From the NCBI GenBank assembly GCA_031287565.1, contig JAITSS010000001.1, forward strand, positions 9,752 through 73,751: a stretch of DNA of 64,000 nucleotides. Direction: 5' to 3'. Source of the DNA: Desulfobulbaceae bacterium (lineage in GTDB: Bacteria; Desulfobacterota; Desulfobulbia; Desulfobulbales; Desulfocapsaceae). Of this stretch, positions 1 through 8,557 are shown piece after piece. Made by a program: the position numbers and the translations under genes. Each line of letters starts with the position of its first letter. Positions within the stretch are counted from its first letter, which is position 1. The notes beneath the pieces were generated by a model, which saw only the letters and a program-made list of their open reading frames with translations, searched no databases and was not told where the DNA came from.

Positions 1-1
1 C

Positions 2-826
2 GGCCTGCAAGAAAAGCTGGCCGCCGCCGCCCATGAGCCAAACCAGAAAAAACTGGCGCGAAAAATCGCCGTCAACATGGCGCGTTGGCGCTGGTATCCA
101 CACCTTCTGGGCGAACGATTCGTTGTGGTCAATATCGCCGGGCAACGGCTCGGCACCTGGCGAAATGATCGGCAAGACCTTGATATGGCAGTAATTGTCG
201 GCAAAAAAGAAAATCCAACGCCCTTAATCACCGGCTATCTGCGCTGGCTCGAATTTCATCCCTCCTGGGCAATGCCGACGGAAATCGCCGTCAAAGAACA
301 GCTGCCAAAACTGAGAAAAAATCCTAATCATCTGGCCGAAAAAAAGGTGCGCTTGTTTTCCTCCTGGGAGCCGGAGGCCAAAGAATTGGACCCGAAGCGC
401 ATCAATTGGCATAAGGTGACACCAGAACAGATGGCGAAATACCAATTACGGCAAGAACCTGGCCCGATGAACGCCCTCGGACGCATCAAATTCATGTTCC
501 CGAATCCCTGGTCGGTCTATCTGCATGATACGCCGGGCAAGGCGCTGTTCAAAGAAGCGGTCCGCGATTTGAGCCATGGCTGCGTCCGCGTCGCCGACCC
601 GGCGAGCCTGGCGGTTTTCCTGCTGAACAATCAGGATAGCGATAGCAGCCGCGCCAAAATTCAGGCGCGTTTGGATGGCCGCGCCTCACGTGACATGCCA
701 CTGAAACACCCGGTTCCCGTCTACCTGACCTATCAAACTGTATGGATCGACAAGAACGGCGGTTTCCGTCAAGCCACCGATATGTACGGCCAGGACGAAC
801 GCATCCTGGCGAAAATGGGCAAATGA
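2..826 (+). CDS. L,D-transpeptidase (YkuD/ErfK/YcbB family), C-terminal part; 5' end lies outside the window
   Basis: The reading frame is open from nt 2. It carries the YkuD catalytic signature 'VYLHDTP...LSHGCVRV'. The TGA at 824-826 overlaps the next ATG (ATGA). Confidence 0.8.
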   Translation, partial: GLQEKLAAAAHEPNQKKLARKIAVNMARWRWYPHLLGERFVVVNIAGQRLGTWRNDRQDLDMAVIVGKKENPTPLITGYLRWLEFHPSWAMPTEIAVKEQLPKLRKNPNHLAEKKVRLFSSWEPEAKELDPKRINWHKVTPEQMAKYQLRQEPGPMNALGRIKFMFPNPWSVYLHDTPGKALFKEAVRDLSHGCVRVADPASLAVFLLNNQDSDSSRAKIQARLDGRASRDMPLKHPVPVYLTYQTVWIDKNGGFRQATDMYGQDERILAKMGK

Positions 827-2280
827 TTGATATTGATTTGTATTTGCAAAAAATCGCCGCCTTTGTCGCCGACAAGAAACCGCCGGTCGTTGACCTCATC
901 GCGACGCAGACACGCGATCCGTTCAAAGTGCTGACGGCGACCATCCTGTCGGCCCGCACCAAGGACGAAGTGACGGCCAAAGCGGCGGAACGCCTCTTCG
1001 CCAAGGCGAAAAACGCGACCGAATTAGACCGGCTTTCACGCACGGAAATCGCCGTCCTCATTAAACCGGTCGGATTTTTTCATAGCAAAGCCAAATATTT
1101 ACAAGCGCTGCCCGCCGCTCTGGCGAGATTCGCGGGCCGGGTTCCGTCGGAAATCGACGAACTGATCACCCTGCCCGGCGTCGGCCGCAAAACCGCCAAC
1201 CTGGTGCGGGCGCAGGCTTTTGGCCTGCCAGCCATCTGCGTCGATACCCACGTGCACCGCATCATGAATATCTGGGGCTATGTGGCGACGCGAACGCCGC
1301 TGGAAACCGAAATGGCGCTGCGCAAACAATTGCCGCCGCAGCATTGGCTGACCGTCAACAGCCTTTTGGTCGCCTTCGGACAGACGCTCTGCAAACCGGT
1401 CGCGCCCCATTGCGACAAATGCCCGCTCGCCAACTGCCGGAAATTCGGCGTGCGTCCACGCAAAATCATCAGCGACAAGAGGAAAACCATGACGACGCCG
1501 ACCAGTCGATGCCTAAAATTTGTCTCCTGGAACGTCAACGGTATCCGAGCCGTCGAAAAAAAGGGTTTTTTCGATATTGTCGCCAGCCTGAACGCCGATA
1601 TTTTCGCGACGCAGGAAACCAAGGCGCAACCGGAACAGCTCTCGGCGGAACTGAAAAACATCGCCGGGTACCAGTCGTATTGGCACAGCGCCGAACGGAA
1701 AGGCTATTCCGGTGTCGGAATCTATACTCGAATGGAGCCGATTTCGGTCATTTACGGCCTCGGCGTCGAAGAATTTGATAACGAAGGCCGGGTCTTAACC
1801 CTGGAATTCGCCGATTTTTATTTCTCGTCGATCTATTTTCCCAACAGCGCCGATGGACTGAAACGCCTCGATTTCAAACTGCGCTTCAATGCCGAATTGC
1901 AGAAATTCGTCCTGGGCCTGGCGGCGAAAAAATCCTTGCTCCTGTGCGGCGATTTCAACGTCGCCCACAAGCCGATTGATTTGACCTACCCGGAAAAGAA
2001 CCGCAAATTCGCCGGTTACACGCCGGAGGAATGCGCCTGGATGGACCAATTGATAGCCGCCGGATTCATCGACACCTTCCGCATGTTCAACCAGGAAGCC
2101 GGCCAATACACCTGGTGGAGTTTCCGCGCCAACGCCCGCGCCAAGAACATCGGCTGGCGCATTGATTATTTCTGCGTCGATGCCAACAGCCGCGACCGCG
2201 TATTGGCGGCGGCCATCCACCCGGAAATCATCGGTTCCGACCACTGTCCAATCAGCATTGACTTTAAGATAGGTGATTAA
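823..2280 (+). CDS. Fusion protein: endonuclease III (Nth, HhH-GPD + 4Fe-4S) N-terminal half and exodeoxyribonuclease III (Xth, EEP fold) C-terminal half
   Basis: Nth motifs: 'LPGVGRKTANLV', 'VDTHVHR', and Cys cluster 'CKPVAPHCDKCPLANC'. Xth motifs follow: 'FVSWNVNGIRA', 'ATQETK', 'LCGDFNVAH', 'GSDHCPI'. There is no stop between the halves. I chose ATG 823 (ATGA overlap with the upstream gene) rather than the ORF-track start at 742. Confidence 0.8.
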   Translation: MIDIDLYLQKIAAFVADKKPPVVDLIATQTRDPFKVLTATILSARTKDEVTAKAAERLFAKAKNATELDRLSRTEIAVLIKPVGFFHSKAKYLQALPAALARFAGRVPSEIDELITLPGVGRKTANLVRAQAFGLPAICVDTHVHRIMNIWGYVATRTPLETEMALRKQLPPQHWLTVNSLLVAFGQTLCKPVAPHCDKCPLANCRKFGVRPRKIISDKRKTMTTPTSRCLKFVSWNVNGIRAVEKKGFFDIVASLNADIFATQETKAQPEQLSAELKNIAGYQSYWHSAERKGYSGVGIYTRMEPISVIYGLGVEEFDNEGRVLTLEFADFYFSSIYFPNSADGLKRLDFKLRFNAELQKFVLGLAAKKSLLLCGDFNVAHKPIDLTYPEKNRKFAGYTPEECAWMDQLIAAGFIDTFRMFNQEAGQYTWWSFRANARAKNIGWRIDYFCVDANSRDRVLAAAIHPEIIGSDHCPISIDFKIGD

Positions 2281-2483
2281 AGAGAAACAAACGCATCGCC
2301 GATATTGTTTCCTCAATCCACAGACCGTTGAAACAACAAGCTAAGGGAAACGCTGATTGAATCCGTTCGCCCTGAGAGCCTATATTTTTATTCAATGATT
2401 TTTACGCCAAATACTGCATGATCGCCGCGCTCTCTGATTACACATCCGGGGCTTCTATAGTAAACGACATTATGAATTGTGCT

Positions 2484-2511
2484 ATTTTCGAGATTTAATT
2501 GGTGGAGCAAT
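2484..2511. repeat. 28-mer ATTTTCGAGATTTAATTGGTGGAGCAAT; a 27/28 direct copy lies at 32301-32328 and a 22/28 inverted copy at 32230-32257
   Basis: Direct comparison of the two AT-rich patches by eye. Confidence 0.85.
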
Positions 2512-2536
2512 CCCATCAAATATATTTCAAGCACAA

Positions 2537-4687
2537 TTATTTATGCCGTTTACTATAACAGGGAGTCTTTTCTTTTTCATTTCCTCTAAGAATATTATAT
2601 AAACTTTCATTCCATCGTTCGTCTACTTCCGGTGGTTGTTCTCCTTCTTTCTCTCTTGGATAATTTTCTGGCGCGAACAATTCCTGAAATGCCGCCATAA
2701 CATCGAATGGCATATATAACTCTAATGGATCAGCTTGATATTTTCCTTGCCGCTCATGAAAATTGATTTCATAACGCTCTTGGCGCGAGCGCATGGCGGC
2801 TATGCAAATCTTATACACTCCTCTCATTATATGTACGCCTGAGTCCCTCGCATGGCGTTCAACACACACAGCCTCTTGTCTCATTAAATCAGCATTTTGC
2901 ACATAAAAAATTATGGTATCCACTTCAGATACATATAATCTTATCTTACGGATGCCACATTTTTCTTTTTCCCCACACTCCTTTTTGCATTTTCGGCAGT
3001 CATGACTGTTTTTTCTGCATTTGCTATTGTCTTTACACATCCCACTCCCGCGACATTTATTAATCACATCTTCCCATTTTTCTATAAAAATATCTCCTGC
3101 ACGACCTAGCTGGCGCACATTTTCTCCAACCTGTTTATCATAGTTTTTATCTTTATCCTGCTTAGTCTGGCCAAATACTCCACTGGCTGATTCTGACATT
3201 ACAATACGAATCCTTATGATATTAGCATATTTTTCAAATATATCTTGATACAATGCCTTAAATGCTCCTTCATCAGCAAAACCAGCGGCATCTGAATTGT
3301 ATATCCATATCTCACCCATTTTCCCTCGAAAAAACAACTTAATAAAGTCATTACACTCGGCAATATCCTTCACAATTACAGCATTTGAGTAGCCTTCATA
3401 CAGCGCGAAAAAATAAGGAAATTCGTAATCTTGTTTATAAAACAAGATAAAAATCATCTTTTCTAAAGTTGACCAGATTCTTTTAGCCAATGGATTCTTC
3501 AATATATCTTCTGGCTTACCTATTCTGCCGACCCTGAACTGTCTATAGCATTTCCATTCTATCAAAACCATAGTTATTGCCATAAAAATAACAAAAGCAA
3601 GCCATGTATGAGGTGTAGACAAAGCAAAGATACCTCCAAACAACAAATAAACCCATTGACAAAAACCAGATACAATAATAAAGTACAGAATTAATAATAC
3701 ACAGAGACGAAGTATATTATCTCGAAAACTATTACGTTGTTCGAGATATTCTTTGTTTTTTTGATAGACAAAAAACTTAAATATTCCATCTAACTGCTTA
3801 TATTCTTTCTTTTTCAAACCACTAATTTTAAAAATAGATTGCAGTTTTTTCCAATTAAATTTATCCGGTTCGTTCTTCTTATGCTCTTTCCATTCATTAC
3901 CATTCATCATTTTTTTTTCTTCTTTCAATGCTTCTGGGTTACGCTTATTCCACATCAAATCATAAAATTCTTGATTATTAGAACAAATAGGCTTATTATA
4001 TAAATCAAACAGGATAACAACTCCACCCGGATTGAGCAAATGATACAGCGATTGCAGAGCTTTATCTGTACGCAGATGATGCGCGACTCTAAACAATATA
4101 ATCGCATCAAAGCACTCGTACTCTTCATTGAATAATTCCTTGAATTTTTTATGGAAACAATCAATCCCTTCTATATTAAATTGAGCATGATGTATCTCAT
4201 ATTTAACGCCACAACCATTATGTATCTCATACCCAACGCCACAACACTTATCAGGCATTTCTTCACGATCGAGACCATAAAATTTAATCGTGTTGCAGAT
4301 AGATTTTGCATCATTCCCTTCACTAGCTTTTCCTTGAATCTCTTCCCTAGCTTTTCCTTCAATGAAAGCAAGTTCGACACACACCTTTTTCGCCAGACAA
4401 CACTGGCTACAACCAAGTTCAGAGACGCTTCTATAACTCGGAACATCCTTTTTCACCAGACAACAGTAGTCATAATCAAGTTCCAAGACTCTTTGATCAC
4501 TCAAACCATACTTTTTCACCAGATGACACTGGCCACAACCAAATACAGGGTCATACTCGTTCGCCAGACGACACTGGCCACAACCAAGTTCAAGGACTCT
4601 TTGAGCATGCGGAGCATACTTTCTCACCGCATCAAGCACGTATTTATCATAGTGCCGATATGTTTCAAAATTGCAGTCTAATCCCAT
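2537..4687 (-). CDS. Large membrane protein: degenerate class I SAM-methyltransferase-like N-terminal module with internal tandem duplications, 2-3 TM helices, and an uncharacterised C-terminal domain with a Lys/Cys-rich knuckle
   Basis: 716-aa ORF. The motif-I-like 'VLELGCGQC' is repeated about 4 times. 'FDAIILFRVAHHL...LNPGGVVILFDLY' is paralogous to the neighbouring methyltransferase. Hydrophobic stretch: 'ILRLCVLLILYFIIVSGFCQWVYLLFGGIFAL...WLAFVIFMAITMVLI'. Cys-rich stretch: 'CRGSGMCKDNSKCRKNSHDCRKCKKECGEKEKCG'. Confidence 0.65.
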   Translation of the reverse strand: MGLDCNFETYRHYDKYVLDAVRKYAPHAQRVLELGCGQCRLANEYDPVFGCGQCHLVKKYGLSDQRVLELDYDYCCLVKKDVPSYRSVSELGCSQCCLAKKVCVELAFIEGKAREEIQGKASEGNDAKSICNTIKFYGLDREEMPDKCCGVGYEIHNGCGVKYEIHHAQFNIEGIDCFHKKFKELFNEEYECFDAIILFRVAHHLRTDKALQSLYHLLNPGGVVILFDLYNKPICSNNQEFYDLMWNKRNPEALKEEKKMMNGNEWKEHKKNEPDKFNWKKLQSIFKISGLKKKEYKQLDGIFKFFVYQKNKEYLEQRNSFRDNILRLCVLLILYFIIVSGFCQWVYLLFGGIFALSTPHTWLAFVIFMAITMVLIEWKCYRQFRVGRIGKPEDILKNPLAKRIWSTLEKMIFILFYKQDYEFPYFFALYEGYSNAVIVKDIAECNDFIKLFFRGKMGEIWIYNSDAAGFADEGAFKALYQDIFEKYANIIRIRIVMSESASGVFGQTKQDKDKNYDKQVGENVRQLGRAGDIFIEKWEDVINKCRGSGMCKDNSKCRKNSHDCRKCKKECGEKEKCGIRKIRLYVSEVDTIIFYVQNADLMRQEAVCVERHARDSGVHIMRGVYKICIAAMRSRQERYEINFHERQGKYQADPLELYMPFDVMAAFQELFAPENYPREKEGEQPPEVDERWNESLYNILRGNEKEKTPCYSKRHK

Positions 4688-4720
4688 ATGTAATCACCAT
4701 GCAGTTCTAATATGCGTTAT

Positions 4721-5500
4721 TTAACAATGATACCGTTTTTCAGCGACAATAAGTATAAATTTATAATTGCATGACCTGCATTGAAGAATATTCATACCTA
4801 TTTGTTCCAAAATAGTTTTCATAGATCGCCAATCAAATTGCGGTTCATGCGCCAAATGCTCTGCCCAGCCAGAACTGGTATATACCTCTTTCTCGCGAAG
4901 CAGATCGCGTCGCGCCTGACGAAAATGAAACCAACCCGGCCCTTTGATATATACAGCAGATTTATAGAGAAAATCAGTTATCCAACGACGAAAGCGAGAT
5001 GATGATGATGATCCTGTTCTCTTCAAGTCAAGAATCAATATTCTTCCACCGGGCTGCAATTTATCGTATAGTTGCTGAATGGCATCGGTCATACAGTCGG
5101 CGCAATGGTGCAAGGCCCGAAGCGCGACAATGACATCAAAATTCATGCCGCCCAAGCCAGGAATTGCGGCAAAATCATCGGCCAAATTTTGGATACGGCC
5201 ATAGTCAAAACGTAGCTTCAATCGCATGTCCGCGCGCGCCGCCAGCTTTGCGCGGGCAGCCGTCAGCATGTCCTCTGACTCGTCACAACCGACAACATCC
5301 GCATCCCTAAAACGCTCAGACAGCTTAAAAGTGAAAGCGCCCGCGCCGCAGCCAGCATCCAAAATGCGACGAGGGTTGCCATGAATTAGTTGTAATATCA
5401 ATTCGTCATAATACAGCGATGTTGGAAAATCGTTGTAAGTTTTGGCAGTTGACGCATCGAAAAAATTGACATCACCACAAAATAAATAATCCACATTCAA
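4721..5500 (-). CDS. Class I SAM-dependent methyltransferase
   Basis: Motif I 'RILDAGCGAGAF'. 'FDVIVALRALHH' and 'LQPGGRILILDL' are also present. The C-terminal 'EHLAHEPQFDWRSMKTILEQIG' parallels 'EHKKNEPDKFNWKKLQSIFKISG' in the 716-aa neighbour. Confidence 0.8.
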   Translation of the reverse strand: MNVDYLFCGDVNFFDASTAKTYNDFPTSLYYDELILQLIHGNPRRILDAGCGAGAFTFKLSERFRDADVVGCDESEDMLTAARAKLAARADMRLKLRFDYGRIQNLADDFAAIPGLGGMNFDVIVALRALHHCADCMTDAIQQLYDKLQPGGRILILDLKRTGSSSSSRFRRWITDFLYKSAVYIKGPGWFHFRQARRDLLREKEVYTSSGWAEHLAHEPQFDWRSMKTILEQIGMNILQCRSCNYKFILIVAEKRYHC

Positions 5501-5611
5501 CCCTATAGTCCAACGATAACAATGTTATGTCTGAAAAGGCATAGCCAAACAAGGCCGACTTCATCCACTCTTCACGATAATCTCGTCGCATAACTATCAA
5601 ATTAAAATACA

Positions 5612-5644
5612 AATCCGGATATTAGGCAATCAAATATCCGGATT
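5612..5644 (-). terminator. Perfect 12-bp inverted repeat (AATCCGGATATT-N9-AATATCCGGATT) downstream of the ABC operon; probable intrinsic terminator or operator
   Basis: The hairpin lies about 70 nt after the SBP stop on the minus strand. It is followed there by the U-rich 'UGUAUUUUAAUUU'. Confidence 0.45.
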
Positions 5645-5714
5645 CATGCTTGAATTGGCAGAATAATAGTGTTCTGGCTTCAATTGACAAATCAATACAT
5701 ACTCATGAAAATTA

Positions 5715-6710
5715 TCACCGAGGATCAACAATATCGGTAACAAATGCTTTGCTATAATCAACATCTTGTTTCAACACTCCATTATTTCTTAACAATGTGT
5801 GCAAATCACTCCATTTTTCAATCTTCATTTCACCGAAACGTTCAGCTCCGGGTAAAATGAAGGATCGCAACGTGCTAATGACTATAGATTCATGCTCTTT
5901 ATTTAATGCGGAATTTTTCTTCAATGCCATCTCCGCGATGTCTATATTGTCTAAAGAGAATGCTTCCATCCAACCATCTTTGAGAGCGGAAAATGTTCTA
6001 CGCAGTGCATCTTTATTATCCATATAGTACTTTTCAGTGCAAAAATAAACATTACCATACACAGAAATACCACGATCCTTTGCAAGGAAAATAACAGTAT
6101 CAGGTCTTTTTTCTCGTATCAATAGCAAATCATTGGTCATATACCCTGGATAAATATCGACCACACCAGCCAAAAATGGCGATATATCGAATTTAACGGG
6201 TATTTCCTGAATATCATTTTTCGACAAGCCATACTGCGAAAGTATCGCTCGATAGACCGGATCAATATCAGTTCCAAATTTCACACCAACCTTAGCCCCT
6301 TTGAAAAAAAGCGCCTGAGATGCTTTTCCCGCCCGCAAAGCGAACCCAATTGGAGACTCTTGGTATTGAACCGCAAAAGCGACTAAAGGAATTCCTTTAG
6401 CCCTGGCCATCAAAATCTGATCGGCGCCAGCGACACCTATATCATCAGTTCCAGCCGCGACAAGTTTAATTGGATCCAATTCAAATCCGCCGGGTCGGAT
6501 ATGCGCCTTCAGGCCATACTTCTCAAATATTTTATGCTCATCGGCGACCAATTCGCCTGCCCAACCGGCATACCAGAGATACTTCAGCCTGATATTGATT
6601 TCTGTTAAGCTTTTATTCGTATCCGCCGCAGACCAGGATGGAATCATTGCCACTAACAACATTACCGAGACCATCAACGCGCATACAAAGCAAATTCCAG
6701 TTTTCTTCAT
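5715..6710 (-). CDS. ABC transporter substrate-binding protein, NMT1/THI5-like (NitT/TauT family)
   Basis: Signal peptide 'MKKTGICFVCALMVSVMLLVAMIPSWSA'. NMT1-like core 'YAGWAGELVADEHKIFEKYGLKAHIRPGG...AGTDDIGVAGADQ'. ATG 6710 was chosen because AAAGGAG lies 9 nt upstream. Confidence 0.8.
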   Translation of the reverse strand: MKKTGICFVCALMVSVMLLVAMIPSWSAADTNKSLTEINIRLKYLWYAGWAGELVADEHKIFEKYGLKAHIRPGGFELDPIKLVAAGTDDIGVAGADQILMARAKGIPLVAFAVQYQESPIGFALRAGKASQALFFKGAKVGVKFGTDIDPVYRAILSQYGLSKNDIQEIPVKFDISPFLAGVVDIYPGYMTNDLLLIREKRPDTVIFLAKDRGISVYGNVYFCTEKYYMDNKDALRRTFSALKDGWMEAFSLDNIDIAEMALKKNSALNKEHESIVISTLRSFILPGAERFGEMKIEKWSDLHTLLRNNGVLKQDVDYSKAFVTDIVDPR

Positions 6711-6791
6711 AGCCTTACACTCCTTTAATGTATATTGATACATCAAGAAAACGACAATCAATTGCCGCATCAATGCACAAACAAAATAATA

Positions 6792-7535
6792 TTATTTTTC
6801 CCACGTGATAATCAATCTACCCACAAGACACACCACTCCATAGCAACAAATCCCCAATATACTACTAGCAATTATATATACAAACAATACCGCCGTTTCT
6901 AACTGATATGATGCAATAAGCAGCCTAAATCCGATACCGGACATAGCTCCGGCGAATTCCGCGACGATAGCGCCTATAACCGCGAAAACCGTCGCAATTT
7001 TTAATCCGGAAAAAATATACGGCAAGGCGTTCGGCCAACGCAACCAGCGGAAAATCTGCCATTCAGAAGACGCCATCGAGTTAAAGACATCAATGTAGTC
7101 TTGTGGAACGCTTTTCAGTCCTTCTATCGTATTGATGAGCGTGGGAAAGAAGCAGGTGAGGGCGGCCAATAAAATTTTTGGGAAAAAATTTGTTCCAAAC
7201 CAGATTGTCAACAAAGGCGCGATGGCGACAATCGGAATGGTTTTCAAAGCGATAGCGTAAGGCATAAGCATCGTTTCAATATTCTTTGAAAACGAGCACA
7301 GCACACCTAAAGTGACACCAAATAATGAACCCAATCCAAAGCCCAGGAATGCTTCCAAAAAAGTCACGCCGGTGTGGACAAACAACTCATCCTTCACTTG
7401 ATAGGTCGCCGTAAAAATCTCGCCAGGGGAAGGAATGAGATACGAGGGTACCGCGAAAAGACGACAAACCACTTCCCACGCCAGCAAAAAAATGGGCAGA
7501 CTCACAGCCAAAAACAACAACTGTTTGCCATTCAT
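6792..7535 (-). CDS. ABC transporter permease (NitT/TauT family, BPD_transp_1)
   Basis: Multi-TM 247-aa ORF. Its start overlaps the stop of the ATPase gene. Confidence 0.8.
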   Translation of the reverse strand: MNGKQLLFLAVSLPIFLLAWEVVCRLFAVPSYLIPSPGEIFTATYQVKDELFVHTGVTFLEAFLGFGLGSLFGVTLGVLCSFSKNIETMLMPYAIALKTIPIVAIAPLLTIWFGTNFFPKILLAALTCFFPTLINTIEGLKSVPQDYIDVFNSMASSEWQIFRWLRWPNALPYIFSGLKIATVFAVIGAIVAEFAGAMSGIGFRLLIASYQLETAVLFVYIIASSILGICCYGVVCLVGRLIITWEK

Positions 7536-8380
7536 TGGACACCCGTTGTTGTTTCCGCGCCTTTGCGTTTTGCCGCGCTCGCCAAGGCCCGTCGAATGTC
7601 GCGCAGAGCCAGAAAAAAAGTATCGGTGTTTCGATGTTCAAAGCATCTCGGACGCGACAAATTGATCGGAATGTCTACAACCAGGCGTGACGGTCTGGGC
7701 GACAAAACCAGCACTCTGTCGCAAAAAAGCACTGTCTCCGACAGGTCGTGGCTCACCATGATCGTGGTCGTTTTGAACTCCGACTGTATCCCCGCCAGAA
7801 CTATGCCGATTTCTTCTCGCGTCATTTCGTCCAAAGAGGCCAGAGGCTCATCCAGCAGCATAAGATCGCTGGAATAGAGCAAAGCCCTGACAATCGACGC
7901 ACGCCTCTGCATCCCAACCGAAAGTTCAGTCGCCTTGCTGTTCCTGAATTCCCACAATCCTACCTTTCGCAGAAGCTCTTCTGCCTGGCTAAAACCAACC
8001 GCTGATATATTTCCAGCGATTCGGTATGGCAACATCACATTGTCGATGACCGTCCACCAGGGGAATAATGACGGATTTTGCGGCACATAGCTGATGTATC
8101 CTCCGTTCCGTAAATTTTCTAGGCGTTCGCCAAAAACACGCACGGTTCCAGCCATATGAGTTCTTTGGTTTTTCGGGATGAGATCGGCGATAATTTTCAG
8201 CACTGTTGATTTGCCACAACCAGATGGGCCAACCAAACCGCACACCTGATGTTTGGGAATGCTGAATGTCAGATTATTCAGGACATCAACCTGTTCTGAA
8301 TCTGTCTGATAGCTGAAAGACACTCCGGAAAAACAGACCGATGTGTCGCCGACACTCTGTTCGCCCATGCTTTCCACCAT
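7532..8380 (-). CDS. ABC transporter ATP-binding protein (NitT/TauT family)
   Basis: Walker A 'GPSGCGKST', signature 'LSVGMQRR', Walker B 'LMLLDEPLASLD'. The start is uncertain: ATG 8380, or ATG 8368 behind GGTGGA. The ORF-track TTG at 8416 lies inside the terminator U-tract. Confidence 0.8.
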   Translation of the reverse strand: MVESMGEQSVGDTSVCFSGVSFSYQTDSEQVDVLNNLTFSIPKHQVCGLVGPSGCGKSTVLKIIADLIPKNQRTHMAGTVRVFGERLENLRNGGYISYVPQNPSLFPWWTVIDNVMLPYRIAGNISAVGFSQAEELLRKVGLWEFRNSKATELSVGMQRRASIVRALLYSSDLMLLDEPLASLDEMTREEIGIVLAGIQSEFKTTTIMVSHDLSETVLFCDRVLVLSPRPSRLVVDIPINLSRPRCFEHRNTDTFFLALRDIRRALASAAKRKGAETTTGVQ

Positions 8381-8414
8381 CAAGCAGAGAAACAGAAGCT
8401 CGTCGGAACGACAC

Positions 8415-8448
8415 AAAAAAGCCCCATTTCCATGAAAGGAAACGGGGC
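8415..8448 (-). terminator. Intrinsic-terminator-like hairpin plus U-tract in the leader, immediately upstream of the ABC operon (possible attenuator or riboswitch expression platform)
   Basis: Minus strand reads GCCCCGUUUCC-UUUCAU-GGAAAUGGGGC followed by UUUUUU. This is an 11-bp stem with one G-U pair. It sits about 34 nt before ATG 8380. Confidence 0.55.
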
Positions 8449-8521
8449 CGAGACACCGAACAAGGAATGAAGCTCCCCGCTATGCGACGGGGGAAAAATA
8501 ACTACATCAATCAGAGATACA

Positions 8522-8557
8522 AGTGAGTGAGTGAGTGAGTGAGTGAGTGAGTGAGTG
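8522..8557. repeat. Tetranucleotide microsatellite (AGTG)9, which is (CACT)9 on the strand of the ABC operon
   Basis: Nine perfect units counted directly in the sequence. Confidence 0.95.

Noticed and set aside
4151-4681. 176-aa plus-strand ORF with its own repeats (…TLATTKF…), antisense to the 716-aa gene.
   Set aside because: Its repeats are simply the reverse complement of the tandem duplications in the minus-strand gene. The minus-strand frame carries the methyltransferase homology.
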